This document shows, in pieces, positions 57,549 through 64,000 of a stretch of 64,000 bases of DNA; positions within the stretch are counted from its first letter, which is position 1, and the number at the start of each line of letters is the position of its first letter. The position numbers and the translations under genes were made by a program. The DNA is from Nemertoderma westbladi (lineage: Eukaryota > Animalia > Xenacoelomorpha), in the NCBI GenBank assembly GCA_032718475.1, contig JAUCBJ010006599.1:59476-123475 (forward strand). Reading direction: 5' to 3'. The notes below the pieces were generated by a model. That model searched no databases. It was given only the letters and a program-made list of their open reading frames with translations, and was not told the DNA's origin.

Positions 57549-60500
57549 TCAAACGGTCGGTCGGCTCTTGTTCAATGGAGGCTTATACCGATGGATATAA
57601 TTGGCCTCCCCATGCACCCTATCCCCGTCGTTCCTATATCCCCTAAACACAGTAACACAAATATCTCCCATCTCGCACCGCCTAAAATGTTCCACCAACA
57701 GAAACTCATCATGTTCATTGTACTCCGGCACAGCAGCTAACCTAAAACTATTTATTACAGATCTATGAGTGTTCATCCTCTCACGGAGACGTTGTTCCGT
57801 TTGCCCAATGTAATAAGCGTCCGGATGTACTTTACAGCAAATAAAATACAGTATATTACTTGTAGAACAATCAAACGCACCCGTAATCTTATCCCCCCAT
57901 GGCGTGTCCTCTCTATCTAGAATCCATGAACAGGTCATACACCGAGGCCTGCCACACGGCCTGTTCCCCCTCCAATCTGTCCGGTCCCTCTTCCTCACTA
58001 GTATTTTCTCTAAGTTTAACCCACTCTTCGTCGATATCCCCACAGATAATCCCCATTGGTCCAAAGTCTCCTTGAACTTCGACACCACTGGTTTCATGAC
58101 GCCCCCCACTCGCCCATCCACTGGAAGGAAAACCCGTACTCTGTCACTCGCTTCCCCTCGGGTAACCATCCCCGTACCACCGCTACTCCCACGTATTCCC
58201 TCTAGAACCTCCTCAGGGTACCCAACCGCCCAACAGTCCGTTAAATATCGGTCCCTGGCGGACACAAACGCTGCCCCCCCTCCCGTCAAACGCCAAAATC
58301 GTTTGATCTGGCCCTTCACAATGCCCTGTAGGACTGCGTTGTCATGGTGACTACTGTAGGGGATAGGCAATTTCTTGGATAACGGTTTAAAGTGAACAGC
58401 AGTACCTATACAGTTGTCCCCTCCCCTAATAAACAAATCTAAATCCAAAAAGGTGGATTTATCATGCGAAAACTCAACGGTAAACTGAATAGAGTCCCGC
58501 CCAAACACTTCCCCACTGCCAGAGTTGTACCTAACCCTAATATCACCCTTCTCTTCCTCTGTTAATACTCTATTAAAAATTCCCTCCCCGTCGTCCACAA
58601 ATGTCTTAAAAAAGGTAGCGCCTACTAAAGTAATCAAACTAATATGCATATGTACTCTATTTACCGTCAACACTGCAATCGACTTCCCCGCCGGCCCCCC
58701 CATCGCTAGCCCCTTGATTAATAAATAGAAACCCCCTTCTGCACAAAAATATGTATGAGTAATGACGTATCGTAGTAAGACAATAATTTGCTCTACTGTA
58801 TACCCCGAGTCCTCCATGACGTCTGGATTCTCCTTCAAAGTGGCCGATATCGCATCAGTCGCTAAACTAAAATCCACCGAAGGATACATATCCCTCACGT
58901 CCAGTGCCAAAAACGTCACCTGCTCGTGTGGTTCGACCGGTAAGCTTCTCCTCGCTGCGGCGGAATCCGGAATGTAGTGCGGCATCCTCTCCAAAATCGG
59001 TTGGATAATTGAATTCAGAAACTGAGCGGCGCGCTCGGACACTGTTCCTGTTGCTGAAATGATCAGTCTCGCTTTCGGTACGAGCATCCCTCCTCCCCAA
59101 TCTATCCACTCAGAGCGTTCTTTGTGATCCTTAAATAGCGTGAAGACATAGCCCATCGCGGGACGCTTAGGCACTATATAATCTTGTAGCTCCTTATCGC
59201 CGATGTTGTTGACCTTTAAAAGTCGCTTCAGCTCCGCAGAAAACTTATTTGTCGGGTCGAAAAGTAACTTCTCATACGTTGAATTATCCTCCAGTGCTCG
59301 ACTAATTTCCCGTCTCCTAATATCTTCGTCCAGAATGATTACATTGCCCGTCTTGTCCCCTCGGACTACCGCTAGAGTTGAGTCCCGCTTCAACTTCTTC
59401 AGTTCCCCGCGTTGATTTGCTGTCAAATTCGGCTTACGTTTCGGTTCGGAAGCGTCCCGATCCGCAACGTTATGTAATTCCGCGATGAAGCGTTCTACAT
59501 CATCGTTCTGACATGCTCCTGTCACATACCGACACTTATACGGTACAGCGTACGGTCTAAAGTTCAAACGCGGTAGGTCCGCATGCGGATGAGTCGTCCG
59601 CTCCAGGAACGGCATAGATCTCGCCTCCGGAACTCGCCGTCGATCCACCTCGTATCTCCGTCCGATCTCCGGAACCCTTCGTGGGGTGGAGTTCCCTCGA
59701 TTCCCCTCCTCCCCGCTTCGATCCGAATCCCGTTCGTAGGAGCTCGCACACGTTAGGTTATCTTCCGCCAACGACTCTGTCCCACCCCCAAACAGGTTCC
59801 TAGCTACACTAGGTCTATTAGGGGTCCTTTCGGACTCAATCGGCGTCGAGGTTGCCAGCCCCCTCCCCAGATCGCTCTCGTGGGTTGGTTCTACCCCCGA
59901 AAAACCGCTGGATATGCCATCCCCCGGGTATGGCCACCGAGGGCCATTAAACTCCGGGGTTGCATGAACGCCATGGAAAGAGATTGTATCGCCGTCCTGT
60001 GTTCCACTCGCTCTAACACCAACATCCTCGCCCCTTCCTGGTTCCACAAACGGTATCGTATCCTCGTTCCTCTGAACTCTCTTCACATGGTTTCGGATCC
60101 GCGAACCCAGTCTCGAGATGGCAGTGTGCGTGTCCATCAATTCCCTTACCCCTCCGGCCAGGGGAGTTGGGATAAATCCAAACCCCAGGGCAAGGACTTC
60201 TTTCTGCGCGTCACTAACTTCCCTCGACGAGAGATTCAGAACTCTGTCCCCCGCTGGTTTCCGCCCCTTAACCAGGCCACCAGCCCCCGCCTCGCGGTCA
60301 GATGGACCCCTGTCAGAGGGTTTCTGTACCGTGCCCAACCGATCTAGCATCGCCCATACCGGTAGCCCTCCCACCCCTCCTGGTCGTAAAGTCATCGACT
60401 TTAAACCCCCAAGTTTCTTCGCGTGGATTCGAGATCGTTCGCGCGATTCAAACTCCGCTATCCGGTCTATCCAGTTCATTACATATCTAAAAACTCCCAA

Positions 60501-60872
60501 CCAATCCCGCCCCCCCACGTTATTCCTATCGTTGTTCTGAACGCAACGTAGGACTCGATTAAATGTGACACCCCACAGGCTCCTCGTCCATCGTAGCCTA
60601 CCATATAAACAACCTATATCCCTAGTAAGAGCTCCCGTAACGAAAGTTTTCGCTAAATCCCAGTGCGCCCTAGAGCCGGTGGAATAAATACCCATCAGGT
60701 ACTTAGGTACAAGTTTCTCCGATTTACAGGTCCGAAGGAACTTTATCATAAGAGGTATCCTAATTAATTTCTGTTTAAGTCGGAATAGGTTGCGGATGTC
60801 GTAAGTTGCCCCGTCACTTAATCTAAACGTTAAAATGGAACGACATGCCGTCTTAAGGGGATTTTGGAACAT
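57549..60872 (-). CDS. Penelope-like RT / GIY-YIG endonuclease polyprotein (1107 aa; Neptune/Naiad-type zinc linker)
   Basis: GDKTG (DKG), FKDHK, RLIIS, LDVRDMYPSV, GLAMG, FVDD, FLDL, linker CGRPRCMTC, and endonuclease NILYFICCKVH..YYIGQT..RLRERMNTH. Confidence 0.93.
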   Translation of the reverse strand: MFQNPLKTACRSILTFRLSDGATYDIRNLFRLKQKLIRIPLMIKFLRTCKSEKLVPKYLMGIYSTGSRAHWDLAKTFVTGALTRDIGCLYGRLRWTRSLWGVTFNRVLRCVQNNDRNNVGGRDWLGVFRYVMNWIDRIAEFESRERSRIHAKKLGGLKSMTLRPGGVGGLPVWAMLDRLGTVQKPSDRGPSDREAGAGGLVKGRKPAGDRVLNLSSREVSDAQKEVLALGFGFIPTPLAGGVRELMDTHTAISRLGSRIRNHVKRVQRNEDTIPFVEPGRGEDVGVRASGTQDGDTISFHGVHATPEFNGPRWPYPGDGISSGFSGVEPTHESDLGRGLATSTPIESERTPNRPSVARNLFGGGTESLAEDNLTCASSYERDSDRSGEEGNRGNSTPRRVPEIGRRYEVDRRRVPEARSMPFLERTTHPHADLPRLNFRPYAVPYKCRYVTGACQNDDVERFIAELHNVADRDASEPKRKPNLTANQRGELKKLKRDSTLAVVRGDKTGNVIILDEDIRRREISRALEDNSTYEKLLFDPTNKFSAELKRLLKVNNIGDKELQDYIVPKRPAMGYVFTLFKDHKERSEWIDWGGGMLVPKARLIISATGTVSERAAQFLNSIIQPILERMPHYIPDSAAARRSLPVEPHEQVTFLALDVRDMYPSVDFSLATDAISATLKENPDVMEDSGYTVEQIIVLLRYVITHTYFCAEGGFYLLIKGLAMGGPAGKSIAVLTVNRVHMHISLITLVGATFFKTFVDDGEGIFNRVLTEEEKGDIRVRYNSGSGEVFGRDSIQFTVEFSHDKSTFLDLDLFIRGGDNCIGTAVHFKPLSKKLPIPYSSHHDNAVLQGIVKGQIKRFWRLTGGGAAFVSARDRYLTDCWAVGYPEEVLEGIRGSSGGTGMVTRGEASDRVRVFLPVDGRVGGVMKPVVSKFKETLDQWGLSVGISTKSGLNLEKILVRKRDRTDWRGNRPCGRPRCMTCSWILDREDTPWGDKITGAFDCSTSNILYFICCKVHPDAYYIGQTEQRLRERMNTHRSVINSFRLAAVPEYNEHDEFLLVEHFRRCEMGDICVTVFRGYRNDGDRVHGEANYIHRYKPPLNKSRPTV

Positions 60873-60932
60873 TATGATTTTATGAGTTAAACGCTGGGGA
60901 CTCCCCTTGTGAACTAAATAGTGTTTACTTTC

Positions 60933-60979
60933 TTAAATCCGATCGATTTCCAGCTCTAGGCTCTTTATCAAGGTTTCAA
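60933..60979 (-). ncRNA. Second copy of the putative hammerhead ribozyme, about 60 nt upstream of the unit-1 ATG
   Basis: Identical to 56214-56260. Confidence 0.6.
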
Positions 60980-61675
60980 ATAATATAAATCAACAATACA
61001 TAATATTTAATATTTAGAGCGTACGTACGTAGGTACCGGTATTAGTTATTTACATAGGTAGAGCAGTAGACCTAAAATGTAGAAAAATCACCAAAATTAC
61101 AGAAATATTAACATATAGCAGTATAGCATATCGTTGTACCAAAGATCTATTTGTATCGCACCACCAATCAGACAATAGAGAACCGAAATATAAAAATTAC
61201 ACAAAATACATAACTGATACACCCCCCTCCCCCCCTGCCCTCCCCCCCCCCGGCCCTGCCGGCCGCCGCCATCAGCCCACGCGACCCGAAATCCGACACC
61301 TACTGCCCACTGCTATCCTGCATTAGGCCTACCACAATACACCAAAGTCTGAAACCCCCGCTAGTAGCATCTTTCGGACCTTCCTGTCCCTCCACCAGTC
61401 AGGAATGAGCGGTCCAGACCCTACCGGTAGGCGGGAGCACCCCAAATCCTGTTTCCCCTACCTGCATACACGTAGGCTACGCGTATCACTACTAGTTAAC
61501 CCCAAATTTACCACACATTGCTATCGTATCAGTCTACGCCCCAAACTTTAACCACAATCTGCCAATCGGTTCCTCTACGCCATGTACACTATCTCTGTAC
61601 AGTATGATTCCTAATGTTACCCCATCAGAAAATTAAGCAAACACAAACTAAACCTATGTGATCCCAATTACCTAC

Positions 61676-62104
61676 ACCCCACAATTCCCCCCTGTATGAC
61701 ACTTGCCCAGTACAAAATATATAAAAAACACATATAAACACTACCCCTAGATTCCCCCGCGAATTCCCGTGTACTTCATCACCCCCATTTCAATATATGT
61801 ACAGTATGACTCCTAACCCCACAGATCCCCCCTGTATGACAGTTCCCAGTACAAAATATATAAAAAGAATCACACATATAAACACTACCCCTAGATTCCC
61901 CCCGCGAATTCCCGTGTACTTCATCACCCCCATTTCAATATATGTACAGTATGACTCCTAACCCCACAAATCCCCCCTGTATGACAGTTGCCCAGTACAA
62001 AATATATAAAAAAACCCACATATAAACACTACCCCTAGATACCCCCCGCGAATTCCCGTGTACTTCATCACCCCCATTTCAATATATGTACAGTATGACT
62101 CCTA
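61676..62104. repeat. Three tandem repeats of about 143 bp in PLE unit 2
   Basis: Same unit as 56951-57524, one copy fewer. Confidence 0.9.
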
Positions 62105-62128
62105 CTATTGCACCCGGTTACAAACAGG

Positions 62129-64000
62129 TCAAATGGTCGGTCGGCTCTTGTTCAATGGAGGCTTATACCGATGGATATAATTGGCCTCCCCATGCACCCT
62201 ATCCCCGTCGTTCCTATATCCCCTAAACACAGTAACACAAATATCTCCCATCTCGCACCGCCTAAAATGTTCCACCAACAGAAACTCATCATGTTCATTG
62301 TACTCCGGCACAGCAGCTAACCTAAAATTATTTATTACAGATCTATGAGTGTTCATCCTCTCACGGAGACGTTGTTCCGTTTGCCCAATGTAATAAGCGT
62401 CCGGATGTACTTTACAGCAAATAAAATACAGTATATTACTTGTAGAACAATCAAACGCACCCGTAATCTTATCCCCCCATGGCGTGTCCTCTCTATCTAG
62501 AATCCATGAACAGGTCATACACCGAGGCCTGCCACACGGCCTGTTCCCCCTCCAATCTGTCCGGTCCCTCTTCCTCACTAGTATTTTCTCTAAGTTTAAC
62601 CCACTCTTCGTCGATATCCCCACAGACAATCCCCATTGGTCCAAAGTCTCCTTGAACTTCGACACCACTGGTTTCATGACGCCCCCCACTCGCCCATCCA
62701 CTGGAAGGAAAACCCGTACTCTGTCACTCGCTTCCCCTCGGGTAACCATCCCCGTACCACCGCTACTCCCCCGTATTCCCTCTAGAACCTCCTCAGGGTA
62801 CCCAACCGCCCAACAGTCCGTTAAATATCGGTCCCTGGCGGACACAAACGCTGCCCCCCCTCCCGTCAAACGCCAAAATCGTTTGATCTGGCCCTTCACA
62901 ATGCCCTGTAGGACTGCGTTGTCATGGTGACTACTGTAGGGGATAGGCAATTTCTTGGATAACGGTTTAAAGTGAACAGCAGTACCTATACAGTTGTCCC
63001 CTCCCCTAATAAACAAATCTAAATCCAAAAAGGTGGATTTATCATGCGAAAACTCAACGGTAAACTGAATAGAGTCCCGCCCAAACACCTCCCCACTGCC
63101 AGAGTTGTACCTAACCCTAATATCACCCTTCTCTTCCTCTGTTAATACTCTATTAAAAATTCCCTCCCCGTCGTCCACAAATGTCTTAAAAAAGGTAGCG
63201 CCTACTAAAGTAATCAAACTAATATGCATATGTACTCTATTTACCGTCAACACTGCAATCGACTTCCCCGCCGGCCCCCCCATCGCTAGCCCCTTGATTA
63301 ATAAATAGAAACCCCCTTCTGCACAAAAATATGTATGAGTAATGACGTATCGTAGTAAGACAATAATTTGCTCTACTGTATACCCCGAGTCCTCCATGAC
63401 GTCTGGATTCTCCTTCAAAGTGGCCGATATCGCATCAGTCGCTAAACTAAAATCCACCGAAGGATACATATCCCTCACGTCCAGTGCCAAAAACGTCACC
63501 TGCTCGTGTGGTTCGACCGGTAAGCTTCTCCTCGCTGCGGCGGAATCCGGAATGTAGTGCGGCATCCTCTCCAAAATCGGTTGGATAATTGAATTCAGAA
63601 ACTGAGCGGCGCGCTCGGACACTGTTCCTGTTGCTGAAATGATCAGTCTCGCTTTCGGTACGAGCATCCCTCCTCCCCAATCTATCCACTCAGAGCGTTC
63701 TTTGTGATCCTTAAATAGCGTGAAGACATAGCCCATCGCGGGACGCTTAGGCACTATATAATCTTGTAGCTCCTTATCGCCGATGTTGTTGACCTTTAAA
63801 AGTCGCTTCAGCTCCGCAGAAAACTTATTTGTCGGGTCGAAAAGTAACTTCTCATACGTTGAATTATCCTCCAGTGCTCGACTAATTTCCCGTCTCCTAA
63901 TATCTTCGTCCAGAATGATTACATTGCCCGTCTTGTCCCCTCGGACTACCGCTAGAGTTGAGTCCCGTTTCAACTTCTTCAGTTCCCCGCGTTGATTTGC
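62129..64000 (-). CDS. Penelope-like RT / GIY-YIG ORF, copy 2 (5' part beyond the window edge)
   Basis: Translation identical to copy 1 apart from S>N and the terminal V>I in the ORF track. Confidence 0.9.
   Translation of the reverse strand, partial: ANQRGELKKLKRDSTLAVVRGDKTGNVIILDEDIRRREISRALEDNSTYEKLLFDPTNKFSAELKRLLKVNNIGDKELQDYIVPKRPAMGYVFTLFKDHKERSEWIDWGGGMLVPKARLIISATGTVSERAAQFLNSIIQPILERMPHYIPDSAAARRSLPVEPHEQVTFLALDVRDMYPSVDFSLATDAISATLKENPDVMEDSGYTVEQIIVLLRYVITHTYFCAEGGFYLLIKGLAMGGPAGKSIAVLTVNRVHMHISLITLVGATFFKTFVDDGEGIFNRVLTEEEKGDIRVRYNSGSGEVFGRDSIQFTVEFSHDKSTFLDLDLFIRGGDNCIGTAVHFKPLSKKLPIPYSSHHDNAVLQGIVKGQIKRFWRLTGGGAAFVSARDRYLTDCWAVGYPEEVLEGIRGSSGGTGMVTRGEASDRVRVFLPVDGRVGGVMKPVVSKFKETLDQWGLSVGISTKSGLNLEKILVRKRDRTDWRGNRPCGRPRCMTCSWILDREDTPWGDKITGAFDCSTSNILYFICCKVHPDAYYIGQTEQRLRERMNTHRSVINNFRLAAVPEYNEHDEFLLVEHFRRCEMGDICVTVFRGYRNDGDRVHGEANYIHRYKPPLNKSRPTI

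Larger units (their letters stand above)
56156..60874 (-). mobile_element. Penelope-like element, complete unit 1 (ORF + about 1.4-kb terminal repeat)
   Basis: RT + GIY-YIG ORF. 56156-57548 is repeated at 60875-62128 (offset 4719 at the left end), the tandem/pseudo-LTR arrangement typical of PLEs. Confidence 0.93.
60875..64000 (-). mobile_element. Penelope-like element, tandem unit 2 (runs off the window)
   Basis: Near-identical head-to-tail copy of unit 1. Confidence 0.93.

Noticed and set aside
57528-63995. Plus-strand ORFs overlapping the PLE, and antisense ORFs in the ZF genes and the RTE
   Set aside because: Shadow frames of real coding sequence with no recognisable motifs.

Overview
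AT-rich animal (probably invertebrate) genomic DNA, with no prokaryotic features. About 28.6 kb (12301-40900) is a 42-bp satellite of roughly 630 units with nested higher-order repeats. A 5'-truncated RTE retrotransposon with an 11-bp TSD interrupts it near its diverged right edge. Two paralogous zinc-finger genes with uninterrupted ORFs (4516-7773, 47828-50260) lie on either side of the array; both are built from a repeated C4 + C2H2 + C2H2 module and carry LC8-type 'TSP' motifs. A probable terminal exon of a tail-anchored protein sits just left of the array. The rest is non-autonomous DNA transposons (Harbinger-, hAT- and Kolobok-like), LINE/SINE fragments and a nested stack at the right end: a LINE interrupted by an hAT element and by a head-to-tail tandem of a Penelope-like element (RT + GIY-YIG) with a variant hammerhead ribozyme. 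The most unexplained signal is a block-conserved motif, TTATTGTTTTGGTTAGA-N10-12-TGTAACCTGCTC. It occurs as a small tandem array, next to genes and inside three TIR elements with different termini, and one copy matches the satellite core at 16/17 nt. All family assignments come from visual inspection; no searches were run.
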